A stretch of DNA of 50,635 nucleotides from Actinomycetota bacterium (GCA_039029715.1 JBCCFN010000002.1:1-50635), one strand, 5' to 3'; positions 40,585-49,734 are shown, counted from the first letter of the stretch. The notes: generated by a model from the letters alone, not told the origin. Numbers and translations: made by a program.

Positions 40585-42054
40585 GTGACCGGTGCCCCGG
40601 TGGTCGTGATCGGCGGCGGATCGGCCGGGGCGGTGGTTGCTGCACGGCTTGCCGAGGCCGGTACCGAGGTCGTCCTGATCGAAGCCGGCCCGGACTACGG
40701 CCCGTTGGCCGACGGGGGTTGGCCAGGCGAGATCCTCGACGCCACTGCGCTGGCCACCACCCACGACTGGGGCTACGGGTCCGGACCGGTGGCGGGCCGA
40801 GACCCGTGGACGTGGGAGCGGGCCCGCATCATGGGCGGATGCTCGGCCCACAACGGCGCCATCGCCGCGGTCGGCCACCGCAGCGACTACGACGCCTGGG
40901 CGGTGCCGGGCTGGTCGACGGATGACCTCCGACCCTGCTTCGACACGGCGCTGCGGACGATGCGGGTCCGGGCCTACGACGACGCCGAGGCCACGCCACT
41001 CCATGCCCGCTGTCTCGATGCGGCTCGCCACCTCGGCTGGCACATCGCGAGCGACCTGTGCGATCTCGACGCCAACGAGAGCTTCGGCCTCGAGACCGTC
41101 AACGTGGTGGACGGAGTTCGTTGGAACACTGGATTCGCCTACCTCGATCCCGTCCGGCGGTCGGGCCGGCTCCGCATCGAGGCTGACACCCTCGTCGATC
41201 GGCTGATCCGAACGTCGACCGGTTGGGAGGTCGCAACGGTCGACACCGCCGGCCGGCCCGGGAGGCTCTCGGCCGATCTGGTCGTCCTCGCCGCCGGTGT
41301 CTACGGCACGCCGGCCATCCTCCAGCGATCCGGGATCGGGGCCCCGGAGCATCTGCGGTCGGTCGGAGTCGAGGTGGTTGTCGAGTCACCGCTGGTGGGC
41401 ACCAATCTCCACGACCACCCGATGATCAATGCCGGCAGGGACCTCGGACCCGAACTGCGGGCCGAGCTCGACGCCGCCATCGCAGAGGGTTTCGTGCCGG
41501 AGGAACAGACCCTCGGCAAGGCCCGCTCGAGCCGAGCCACCGACGGGGTGTTCGACCTCCACCTGTTTCCGGTCTGCGCCTCGGCCCAGGCCACCCTGAC
41601 CGGTGGCCGGGGCCTGGTGGAGGTGGCATGTATGACCCCGAGGAGTCGTGGTCGGGTATCGATCACGACGGCCGACCCGGCAACCGCACCGTTCATTGAT
41701 CACGGCTACCTCACCGACCCAGACGGCCACGACATCGCCGTCCTCCGTGACGGCCTGGAGATGGCCGAGGACCTGCTCGACCATCCGGCGCTGGCCAGCG
41801 TCCTCGAACCGGCGGCCAGGCGGGATCTGTCTGACACCGCCATCCGCCGGGATGTCCAGCACTACTTCCATCCGGTGGGCACGGCCCCGATGGGTACCGA
41901 TGCGACCACTTCGGTCTGCGGCCCGGACGGCGGGGTCTGGGGCACCGAGGGCCTGATGGTCGCCGACGTCTCGCTGATGCCGCAGATCCCCCGGGCCAAC
42001 ACCAACATCCCGGCGGTCGTGATCGGCGAACGGGTGGCCTCGTTCCTGACCTGA
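40585..42054 (+). CDS. GMC-family FAD oxidoreductase (choline/alcohol dehydrogenase-like)
   Basis: From the GTG at 40585: VTGAPVVVIGGGSAGAVVAARLAEAGTEVVLIEAGPD. C-terminal HYFHPVGTAPMG and VADVSLMPQIPRANTNIPAVVIGERVA. Confidence 0.85.
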   Translation: MTGAPVVVIGGGSAGAVVAARLAEAGTEVVLIEAGPDYGPLADGGWPGEILDATALATTHDWGYGSGPVAGRDPWTWERARIMGGCSAHNGAIAAVGHRSDYDAWAVPGWSTDDLRPCFDTALRTMRVRAYDDAEATPLHARCLDAARHLGWHIASDLCDLDANESFGLETVNVVDGVRWNTGFAYLDPVRRSGRLRIEADTLVDRLIRTSTGWEVATVDTAGRPGRLSADLVVLAAGVYGTPAILQRSGIGAPEHLRSVGVEVVVESPLVGTNLHDHPMINAGRDLGPELRAELDAAIAEGFVPEEQTLGKARSSRATDGVFDLHLFPVCASAQATLTGGRGLVEVACMTPRSRGRVSITTADPATAPFIDHGYLTDPDGHDIAVLRDGLEMAEDLLDHPALASVLEPAARRDLSDTAIRRDVQHYFHPVGTAPMGTDATTSVCGPDGGVWGTEGLMVADVSLMPQIPRANTNIPAVVIGERVASFLT

Positions 42055-42080
42055 CTCACCGGGACGTCGTGATCGAGCGA

Positions 42081-42833
42081 TCAGGGACGACGGGCCACCA
42101 TCCGGGTGAAGCAGAGGTTGGCTCCCCGGTCCGCCTCGAGCATGTCGTGGGTGTTCCGGCAGGCCTCGACCATCCATCCCCGGACGTGGGGCGCGGTTGC
42201 GTCGTTGAACCGGAGCCAGTCCTGCCACCCGTTGTCGACGACGTCGACGTGCTCGACCTCGACCTTGCCGGTCTTGGTCCAGTGATGCCGCCACCACGCC
42301 GGCGTGTGGAAGCAACAGAAGTCCCACTCCCAGTACGGGGCCAGGGTCTCGGGCACCGCCTCGCCGAGTTCGGAGGTGAGTGAGGGAACCACGATCCCCA
42401 ACCGTCCGCCCGGTTTCAGGAACTCGACGAGTTGGCCCAGGTACAGGTCGGCGGTCCCGAAGTACTGGTACGCATCGAGGCTCACGATCGCGTCGAAGGA
42501 TCCCCTGGCGAACGGGAGCGTGTGGGCCTCGGCGTTGACCGCCTGCACCAGGTCGGCCACGCCCGCCTCCTCTATCCGGGCCTGGTTGTCTGACGCCTCG
42601 ATCCACAGGTCGGCGGCGGTCACCGTGGCCCCGAACTCCCGGGCCAGGAAGATCGAACTCATCGCTCGGCCGCAGCCGAGGTCGAGCACCTTCATGCCCT
42701 CCTCGAGCGGGAGGACTTCGGTCAGGGACTCGGTCAGCCACAACGCGTTCGGCCCCATCTGGTTCTCGATCACCCAGGCCGGGTCGTAGCGGTTCGAGCG
42801 ACGGTAGCGATCGTGCTCGAGGGGGTTCGACAT
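42081..42833 (-). CDS. class I SAM-dependent methyltransferase
   Basis: Motif I KVLDLGCGRAMSSIFLA, post-I TVTAADL, and later DAIVSLDAYQYF and LKPGGRLGIVV. Confidence 0.8.
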   Translation of the reverse strand: MSNPLEHDRYRRSNRYDPAWVIENQMGPNALWLTESLTEVLPLEEGMKVLDLGCGRAMSSIFLAREFGATVTAADLWIEASDNQARIEEAGVADLVQAVNAEAHTLPFARGSFDAIVSLDAYQYFGTADLYLGQLVEFLKPGGRLGIVVPSLTSELGEAVPETLAPYWEWDFCCFHTPAWWRHHWTKTGKVEVEHVDVVDNGWQDWLRFNDATAPHVRGWMVEACRNTHDMLEADRGANLCFTRMVARRP

Positions 42834-42930
42834 GCCCCCTGTCTACTCGACCGCGGCGCCGCGCCCGGCGGAATTCCGATGCTGCGTGCGACCTGCCAAG
42901 AGATTCTATGAGGTGTAGATTTGTGTAGAT

Positions 42931-44694
42931 TTGATGGCCAGGATGACCACGACCGCCAGACCAGACCGGCCGCCGGCCTCGACCATGGACGCTGCGGCAC
43001 TGCTGCGCCTGCTGTTCGCCGACCGTCGCCGCCACGTCGTCGTCGGTGCGGTTGCCGGGGTGCTGTGGACCGGAGGCACGGCGTTGACGTCGATCGTGGT
43101 CGGCCAGACCATCAATGCAGCGATCGACGGCGCCGGGGCGGCTCGGATATCGCTGTGGATCCTGGCCATCTTCGGGGCGATCGGCGCCAGTGCGCTCGGC
43201 GGGGTGGTCAGGCATCGGGCCGCAACGCTGCTGTCGGTCGATGGCAGCCGGCTGGCCGAGCGGCAGCTGTCCGACCGGGTGCTCGACCGCCGGGGCGGGG
43301 TCGAGGCGCCGGCCGGTCGGCTCACCTCACTGGCCACCGGGGATGCGGACAAGACGTCCCAGGCGCTGGTGATCGCCACCCAGACCGCCGGCGGCGTGCT
43401 GACGCTGATCGGGGTGGCGATCTGGCTGTTGAGCGCCTCACTGTCGCTGGGACTGCTGGTGCTGGTCGCCGTACCGGCGACGATGGGCGTGATCTTCCCG
43501 CTGCTGGCCCGCTACAGCGAGCGGGCCGCAGACGAGCGCAAGGAGTTGGCAGAGGCGACCGCATCGGCTGCGGACGGCATCGAGGGTCTGCGGGCGGCAC
43601 ACGGCCTGGGCGGCGAGCCGGTGATCCAGCGGTGGTTCCGGAGCCGGTCGGCCCGGATGCACGGTTCGGCCCTGGCCCTGGTCCGGTTCGAAGCCCGGCT
43701 GTTCGCCGTCGGCGGCTTCGTGCCGTGGTTGACGTTGGTCCCGGTGCTGTGGGTCGGCGGCGGGCAGACGATCGACGGCACGATCCAGGCCGGGACCTTC
43801 GTGACCGTCGTCGCGCTGGCCCAGTTCATCTCGAACCCGGTGATGATCCTCGGCGAGACGCTCCGGATCTTCGCAAGCTCCCGGTCATCGGCTCGCCGGA
43901 TCACCGAGGTCGTACAGCGACCCTTCGTCGTTGCCGAGACCTCCCCCCGCACCAGGCCGACCGGACCGGTGGCCGCCACGGGCAACGGCGCCAGGGCAGC
44001 GATCGAGGTCGACCGCCTGACCGGGGCCGGCATCGGACCGCTGTCGTTCACCGTCGGCGAGGGGGAGACGGTCGGCATCACCTGCGTCGACGATCGCCAG
44101 GCCGGTTCGGTCGCTGCGCTGCTCGGTCGACGAGCCGAGGTGACCGGCGGGTCGATCCATAGCGGCGGAGTCGATCTGTCCTCGGTTGCGCTTGCCGACC
44201 GGCCAAGACATCTGGCGGTGGTCGACACCGAGCGGCCGTGGCTGCTGTCCGCATCCCTGCTCGACAACCTTCGGCTCGGCGGCGGGCCCGTCTCGGAGAC
44301 CGCGGCCCGGTCCGCATTGTGGGCCGCCGGGGCCGATGACCTCTTGCGGCGGGCCGAGGTCCTCGATCGTCCGCTCGGCGAGCGGGGGCTACGCCTCAGC
44401 GGAGGACAGCGGCAGCGGGTGGCGATCGCCCAGGCGCTGCTGATGGCTACCGAGGCGCTGGTCCTGATCGAGCCGACGAGCGCCCTCGATGCGATCACCG
44501 AGGCGGTCGTCGTCGAGCGCCTGCGGGACACGGCCAGACCACCGACCGTCATCATCACCACGTCGGCCCCGGTGCTCGCCAGCTGCGCCAGGGTCGTCGT
44601 GATCGCAGACGGAGTGGTCAGGGCGACGGGGACCCACCCCGAGCTGGTGGCGACCGTCCCCGCCTACGGCGCACTGGTCGGAACGGGCTCGTGA
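42931..44694 (+). CDS. ABC exporter half-transporter (TMD-NBD) with a degenerate nucleotide-binding domain
   Basis: Six-helix TMD. The NBD has an intact signature LSGGQRQRVAIAQALL, but Walker A reads GITCVDDRQAGSV (no GKS/T), Walker B reads LVLIEPTSALD (no Asp), and the H-loop reads ITTSAP (no His). The start is TTG 42931, ATG 42934 or ATG 42943. Confidence 0.85.
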   Translation: MMARMTTTARPDRPPASTMDAAALLRLLFADRRRHVVVGAVAGVLWTGGTALTSIVVGQTINAAIDGAGAARISLWILAIFGAIGASALGGVVRHRAATLLSVDGSRLAERQLSDRVLDRRGGVEAPAGRLTSLATGDADKTSQALVIATQTAGGVLTLIGVAIWLLSASLSLGLLVLVAVPATMGVIFPLLARYSERAADERKELAEATASAADGIEGLRAAHGLGGEPVIQRWFRSRSARMHGSALALVRFEARLFAVGGFVPWLTLVPVLWVGGGQTIDGTIQAGTFVTVVALAQFISNPVMILGETLRIFASSRSSARRITEVVQRPFVVAETSPRTRPTGPVAATGNGARAAIEVDRLTGAGIGPLSFTVGEGETVGITCVDDRQAGSVAALLGRRAEVTGGSIHSGGVDLSSVALADRPRHLAVVDTERPWLLSASLLDNLRLGGGPVSETAARSALWAAGADDLLRRAEVLDRPLGERGLRLSGGQRQRVAIAQALLMATEALVLIEPTSALDAITEAVVVERLRDTARPPTVIITTSAPVLASCARVVVIADGVVRATGTHPELVATVPAYGALVGTGS

Positions 44695-46469
44695 CGCCGA
44701 CGTCCCCGCTGCCGCTCGCCGATTCGGCCTCGCTCCGCCGCTGGACCCGCGCCCTGGTCAGGTCCCGGCTCCGTCCGCTGGCGCTGGTGCTCGGGGCGCT
44801 GGTGGTGGTCACTGCGGCCTTCGCTGCGATCCCGGCGATCGTCGGTTCGATCGTCGACACCGCCATCGACGGCGGTCAGCAGAGCGACATCATCCCACCG
44901 GTCGTGGCCATGGTCGTCGTGACCGTCATGGCCTCCGCCGGCGTGGTGGTCGGACGGTACCAGGCGGCGCGATTCGGCGAGTCGATCCTCGACGAGCTCC
45001 GGACCTCGGTCTACGAGTCGGCGACATCACTACCGGCGTCTGTCGTCGAGGAGGTGGGCACCGGCGAGCTCGTGGCCAGGGCAACCGGAGACGTCGAGAC
45101 CCTGGCCAATGCCACCCGTGACTCGATCCCCCTGGTGCTGTTCTCGACCGTCGCCGGCTCCGGCCTGATCATCGCGCTGGCCATCACCGATTACCGCCTG
45201 GCGCTGGCGGCCATCGCCGCCGCCACGATCGTGGCCGCTCCCGGTGTGATCTGGTACCTCCGCAACGCCGGGCCCCGGTACCACCGGGAGCGCCAGGCGG
45301 ACGCCGGCCGGGCCGCCGCCCTACTCGAGCACTACACCGGACGGGCCACCCTGGCGGCGCTGGGGGCCGACGCCGTGACCGCCGAGGCGCTCGAAGGCCA
45401 GGCAACCGAACGGCGGGCGGCCCAACTGTCGACCACGGCGGCTCGGAACCGGCTCCGCCCGTCGCTGCGGTTCGGCCAGGCCGCTGCGCTCGGGGCCGTG
45501 CTCGGGACCGGCACCTACCTCCTCGACGGCGGGTCACTCTCGGCCGGTGCACTCACCGCCGCCGCGCTCTACGTCCTCAACCTGATCGATCCGCTCAACA
45601 ACCTGCTCGAGCAGCTCGACGTCCTGCAACAGTCGAAAGCGGCGATGGAGCGGATCGTCGGGCTGATCGAGTACCGCGACGACGAGTCGGCGGCGACGGC
45701 CAGTCACCCGACCCCTGCCATGCCGGCGGAGGTGGCCCCGGCGTTGACGCTCCGGCAGGTGACCTTCGGCTACGAGCCAGACCTGCCGGTGCTGTCCGGC
45801 ATCGACCTCTCGATCCCGGTCGGGCAGCGGGTCATGATCGTCGGGCCGAGCGGGGCCGGCAAGAGCACGCTCGCCGGGTTGATGTCCGGTACGCACCAGC
45901 CATGGCGGGGCTCGATCCTGATCGACGGCCTACCGGCCGGGCAGCTCCCCGCTCCCGAGCTGCGGCGACGGATCGCCCTCGTCACCCAGGAGACCCACGT
46001 CTTCGCTCGCACCGTTCGTGACAATGTCACCATCGGTCGACCGGGCGCCACCGACGATCAGGTCGCTGCCGCCCTCTCCGCAGCCGGGGCCGCGCCCTGG
46101 ATCGAGGACCTCGACGGCGGCATCGACGCCGAGGTGTCGAACACCCATCCGGCCCTCAGCCCGGCGAGGGCCCAGCAGTTGAATGTGGCCAGGATCCTGT
46201 GCCTGGATCCGGCGATCGTCGTGCTCGACGAGGCCATGGCAGCACTGGACCCAGACGGCGCAGGCCAGGCCGAACGACGCCTCCGGATTGCGCTGGAGGG
46301 ACGGACCGTGATCTCGATCGCCCACCGCCTGGACGCCGCACCGTCGATGGACCGGATCCTGGTGGTCGACGACGGCCGGATCACCGCAGACGGCGACCAC
46401 GCCACCCTGCTCGCAGGGGACGCCGACTATGCCGGGCTCTGGACGACCTGGAGCAGCGCCCGGACCTGA
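44691..46469 (+). CDS. ABC exporter half-transporter (TMD-NBD) with a consensus ATPase site
   Basis: 4-nt overlap with the upstream ABC gene. Walker A GPSGAGKSTL, Q-loop VTQETHVF, Walker B IVVLDEAMAALD, H-loop SIAHRLD. The signature is degenerate: LSPARAQQLNVAR. Confidence 0.9.
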   Translation: MTPTSPLPLADSASLRRWTRALVRSRLRPLALVLGALVVVTAAFAAIPAIVGSIVDTAIDGGQQSDIIPPVVAMVVVTVMASAGVVVGRYQAARFGESILDELRTSVYESATSLPASVVEEVGTGELVARATGDVETLANATRDSIPLVLFSTVAGSGLIIALAITDYRLALAAIAAATIVAAPGVIWYLRNAGPRYHRERQADAGRAAALLEHYTGRATLAALGADAVTAEALEGQATERRAAQLSTTAARNRLRPSLRFGQAAALGAVLGTGTYLLDGGSLSAGALTAAALYVLNLIDPLNNLLEQLDVLQQSKAAMERIVGLIEYRDDESAATASHPTPAMPAEVAPALTLRQVTFGYEPDLPVLSGIDLSIPVGQRVMIVGPSGAGKSTLAGLMSGTHQPWRGSILIDGLPAGQLPAPELRRRIALVTQETHVFARTVRDNVTIGRPGATDDQVAAALSAAGAAPWIEDLDGGIDAEVSNTHPALSPARAQQLNVARILCLDPAIVVLDEAMAALDPDGAGQAERRLRIALEGRTVISIAHRLDAAPSMDRILVVDDGRITADGDHATLLAGDADYAGLWTTWSSART

Positions 46470-46499
46470 GCCACCACACCGAGAGCGATCGGTCGCCCG

Positions 46500-47114
46500 T
46501 TACCCGTCCCCGTCCCTGTCCAGCGAGGCTGCACCATCGATCAGCAACCCGGTCATCCGCTGGAAGCTGTCGTCCGGCGGATTGGCGGCGAGCATCGACC
46601 ACACGTCTGTCGGCGGCTCGTCACTGCCGGAAAGATCCGCCGTCATCATCTGGCGGGAGGTCAGCCACGTCCCCGAGTGCAGCACGTGGGAATACACGAT
46701 CACCAGCATGAAGTAGGCGTCTGCGACCGGCACCCCCTGGCTCGTCAGCTGCCCGTGGGCCCGCTCGAACCGCTCGGTGAAGCTCGGCGGCGGCTCGGCC
46801 AAGGAGTGGATGGCGGCGGTCAACCCGGGATGGTTCTTGAACATCTTGTACATCGCCATGGCCTCGGCCCGGACGAACGTCCCGACGCTGGCGATCTCAT
46901 CGATCGGCTCGAGGCTTGCCGCCATGGCCCACTCGATGGCGGCGACGACCAGATCGTTGCGGTCCTTCACGTGGTAGTACAGCGCCGCCGCCGTCACCCC
47001 CAGGCGCTCGGCAACCGCCGCAACGGTCAGGTTCTCGAACCCGAGCGCAACGGCGGCCTCGGCGGCCACTTCCCTGCTCAGCGTCCCGTACCGATGGCTC
47101 ACGACGTCCATCAT
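46500..47114 (-). CDS. TetR-family transcriptional regulator
   Basis: From the ATG at 47114: MMDVVSHRYGTLSREVAAEAAVALGFENLTVAAVAERLGVTAAALYYHVKDRNDL (TetR_N HTH). Confidence 0.85.
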   Translation of the reverse strand: MMDVVSHRYGTLSREVAAEAAVALGFENLTVAAVAERLGVTAAALYYHVKDRNDLVVAAIEWAMAASLEPIDEIASVGTFVRAEAMAMYKMFKNHPGLTAAIHSLAEPPPSFTERFERAHGQLTSQGVPVADAYFMLVIVYSHVLHSGTWLTSRQMMTADLSGSDEPPTDVWSMLAANPPDDSFQRMTGLLIDGAASLDRDGDG

Positions 47115-47231
47115 GGCAGATGCTGCCGCGACGCCTCGGGTAGGCCGACACGCGACCAACCCGACTCGCCGTGTGACGCTTGGTCCCGGCGCTTGCCGGG
47201 CGCTGCCACTCGGGGCGTGCGGAGCGCTAAG

Positions 47232-47261
47232 TTGCATTATTAGACCTACTGGCCGTAGGGT
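47232..47261 (+). promoter_or_regulatory. candidate promoter of the MFS gene (-35 TTGCAT, 18-nt spacer, -10 TAGGGT), probably leaderless
   Basis: The -10 ends 5 nt before the ATG at 47267, with no Shine-Dalgarno. A short inverted repeat, CCTAC-N5-GTAGG (47245-47259), overlaps the spacer and -10 and is a possible TetR operator. Confidence 0.35.
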
Positions 47262-47266
47262 GCCGC

Positions 47267-48661
47267 ATGGTCGATGTCGTACCCCCGGTGACCGCAAGAC
47301 GCCCGGAGCTCGTGCTGGGCGTTTCGTCGTTGGCGGTCCTGACCGTCTTCCTCGACACGACGGCCCTGTTCGTAGCGTTCCCCGACCTGGCCCAGTCCTT
47401 CCCCGAGGTCAGCTCGGCCCAGTTGTCCTGGGTGTTGAACGCCTACACCATCGTGTTCGCCGCACTGTTGGTGCCGGCGGGCAAGGTTGCCGACCGGGTC
47501 GGGCACAAGCGGTCGTTCCTGGTCGGTGTCGGACTGTTCATGGCCGGCTCGCTCCTGTCCGGGCTGGCCCCGAACCCCACCGTGCTGATCGGCACCCGCA
47601 TGGTGCAGGCCGTCGGCGCCGCCGTCCTCCTGCCTTCATCGCTGGCCCTGATCCTTCGGGCCTTCCCCCGGGAGCGGATCCCGGTGGCGGTGGCGATCTG
47701 GGGAGCCACCGGCGCCGTGGCCGCAGCACTCGGCCCGACGCTCGGGGCTGCGCTGGTGGAGTGGACCAGCTGGCGGTGGGTCTTCTACCTCAACCTGCCG
47801 GTCGGCCTGTTCGCCGTGATCGTCGGTTCCCGGGTCCTGCTCGACTCCCGCCAGCCCGAGACCCGGCTGCCGGCACCCGGCGGAGTCTCGCTCATCGCCG
47901 GCGCCGCCGCACTGTTGTCGTTCGGGGTGGTGCAGAGCGAGCAGTGGGGCTGGGTCGACGGTCGAACGGTGGCGGTGTTGGTGGCCGGCGCAGGCCTGCT
48001 GGTGTGGTTCGTTGCCTCCCAGCGCCGGAGCGAGGCGCCGGTGCTCGACCTGGAGTTGTTCAGGATCGGCAACTTCGCCTGGGGCAATGCTGCGACCCTG
48101 GCGTTCGGGCTGGCCTTCATCGCCATGTTCTTCGGGTCGATCCTGTTCCTGACCGAGGTGTGGGGATGGTCGATCCTTGCTGCGGGGTTCGGCATCGCCC
48201 CCGGCCCACTCCTGGTCGCCGTCCTGGCCCCGTTCATGGGCCGCCTTGCGGCGCGCCACGGCCAGCGGTCGCTCCTGATCGGCGGCGGGCTGTTCTTCGC
48301 CGCCGGCGGCCTGTGGCGCCTCGTCGCCCTCGACGGCACCGTCGACTACCTGGTCGACTACCTTCCGTCGATGGTGCTGACCGGATTCGGCGTAGCCATG
48401 TGTCTGCCACAGTTGTCGAGTGTCACCGCTCAGGCCCTTCCGCCGGACCGGTTGGGGGTCGGTGGGGCGGTCAACCAGGCCATCCGCCAGTTCGGGGGCA
48501 CGTTCGGCGTCGCCCTCACGGTCGCCTTCCTCGGACAACCGGCCGGAGTGGCAGAGGCGCTCGCCGGGTTCGATCAGATCTGGATGGTGCTGATCGTCGG
48601 CGGGATCGGCACCGCCCTGCTGTCGCTGCCGCTGCGGACCGAACCGGGGGCGGCACCGTGA
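47267..48661 (+). CDS. MFS transporter, DHA2 (EmrB/QacA, 14-TMS) type
   Basis: LDTTALFVAFPDLAQSF...LSWVLNAYTIVFAALLVPAGKVADRVGHKR (motif A-like)...MVQAVGAAVLLPSSLALI. About 14 hydrophobic segments. Confidence 0.85.
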   Translation: MVDVVPPVTARRPELVLGVSSLAVLTVFLDTTALFVAFPDLAQSFPEVSSAQLSWVLNAYTIVFAALLVPAGKVADRVGHKRSFLVGVGLFMAGSLLSGLAPNPTVLIGTRMVQAVGAAVLLPSSLALILRAFPRERIPVAVAIWGATGAVAAALGPTLGAALVEWTSWRWVFYLNLPVGLFAVIVGSRVLLDSRQPETRLPAPGGVSLIAGAAALLSFGVVQSEQWGWVDGRTVAVLVAGAGLLVWFVASQRRSEAPVLDLELFRIGNFAWGNAATLAFGLAFIAMFFGSILFLTEVWGWSILAAGFGIAPGPLLVAVLAPFMGRLAARHGQRSLLIGGGLFFAAGGLWRLVALDGTVDYLVDYLPSMVLTGFGVAMCLPQLSSVTAQALPPDRLGVGGAVNQAIRQFGGTFGVALTVAFLGQPAGVAEALAGFDQIWMVLIVGGIGTALLSLPLRTEPGAAP

Positions 48662-49110
48662 AGCGCAAGACCTTCGCCGAGATGGATTGCTCGGTGGCCC
48701 AGACCCTGGAGATCGTTGGAGACCCCTGGACCCTCCTGATCGTCCGGGACGCATTCTTCGGCATCACCCGCTTCGCCGACTTCCAACGCAGGCTCGGCAC
48801 CCCCCGCAACACCCTGACCGAGCGGCTCTCGCTGCTGAACGACCACGGCATCCTGGAACGCCACCGGTACCAGGACCGGCCGCCTAGAGATGAGTACCGC
48901 CTGACCGCCAAGGGTCGGGACCTGCACGGGGTGATCATCAGCCTGATGCTCTGGGGTGACCGATGGGCCGGCCTCGACGACGCCCCGGTCGAGATCATCG
49001 ACGAGACCACCGGTCAACCACTCGATCCCGTGCTGGTCGACCGGGCCTCCGGTGTGCCGATCGCCGAGCTCCCGGCTCGACCGCGCCGGCGGGACGAGAT
49101 ACCGGAGTAA
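48658..49110 (+). CDS. HxlR-family (MarR-like winged helix) transcriptional regulator
   Basis: The GTG at 48658 forms a GTGA overlap with the MFS stop. CSVAQTLEIVGDPWTLLIVRDAFFGITRFADFQRRLGTPRNTLTERLSLLNDHGILER...YRLTAKGRDL. Confidence 0.85.
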   Translation: MKRKTFAEMDCSVAQTLEIVGDPWTLLIVRDAFFGITRFADFQRRLGTPRNTLTERLSLLNDHGILERHRYQDRPPRDEYRLTAKGRDLHGVIISLMLWGDRWAGLDDAPVEIIDETTGQPLDPVLVDRASGVPIAELPARPRRRDEIPE

Positions 49111-49266
49111 CTGGTCGACGGTCACCAACCGGGCGGTCCGGCCATGACGTGGCCAGCTCGGCAACTACAACACAGACAACGGGCGACACCAGCTGCTCGG
49201 CGATATCGGCTTCGTGCCTCCGCCGGCCCTGATCGAGCACCGCCGACGCCGGAAGAGCAGGCGGCC

Positions 49267-49734
49267 ATGGACGCCTGGGCCAAGGTGCTGTCCCCGGGGA
49301 TCTCCCTCGACGAACGGCGGCCCCACATCGAAGACTTCGACACCCTGGAAACGATCATCGACCAGGCGGCCACGACGGCTGAAGCGCTCGGGGTGACGAT
49401 CACGCCGATCAGGGCCACCGTCACCGGTGACATCGCGATCGTCACCTTCGATGCCGGGCTCGGTGCGAGTGCCCTGAGCCCGAAGATCGCCTCGACGACA
49501 GATCTTGCAATGCCCCTGCCGGACCAAGGCCGCCCATTTGATGTAAGCGATGGCACCGGACGCACTAGATTCGATCCTATGGCCGGGACGAAACACCGAA
49601 GAACGCTCCGACGCCGGCTTCGGTCCCTGTGGCGCTGGTGGAAAGGCAAGCCACCGGAACCGACGGTGGCTCCAGGGGGTGTCCGGGCCAGGATGGAATC
49701 CGAAACGTTCGGCCGTCAAAGCGGTATGGGCTGA
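49267..49734 (+). CDS. hypothetical protein whose 3' part appears disrupted (possible pseudogene)
   Basis: GC3-rich codon usage runs from the ATG at 49267 (MDAWAKVLSPGISLDERRPHIEDFDTLETIIDQAATTAEALGVTITPIRATVTGDIAIVTFDA) to about 49500. After that the same frame uses atypical A/T-ending codons up to the stop at 49734. See the finding at 49267-49792. Confidence 0.3.
   Translation: MDAWAKVLSPGISLDERRPHIEDFDTLETIIDQAATTAEALGVTITPIRATVTGDIAIVTFDAGLGASALSPKIASTTDLAMPLPDQGRPFDVSDGTGRTRFDPMAGTKHRRTLRRRLRSLWRWWKGKPPEPTVAPGGVRARMESETFGRQSGMG

Noticed and set aside
41386-43215. 609-aa minus-strand ORF covering the GMC 3' end, the methyltransferase and the ABC 5' end.
   Set aside because: It runs across a real minus-strand gene in a different frame and across two plus-strand genes. 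It has no motifs and Arg/Gly/Pro-rich content.
47113-49110. 665-aa plus-strand ORF.
   Set aside because: Only its last ~150 codons (from the GTG at 48658) form the real HxlR gene. The upstream part reads through the MFS gene in the wrong frame.
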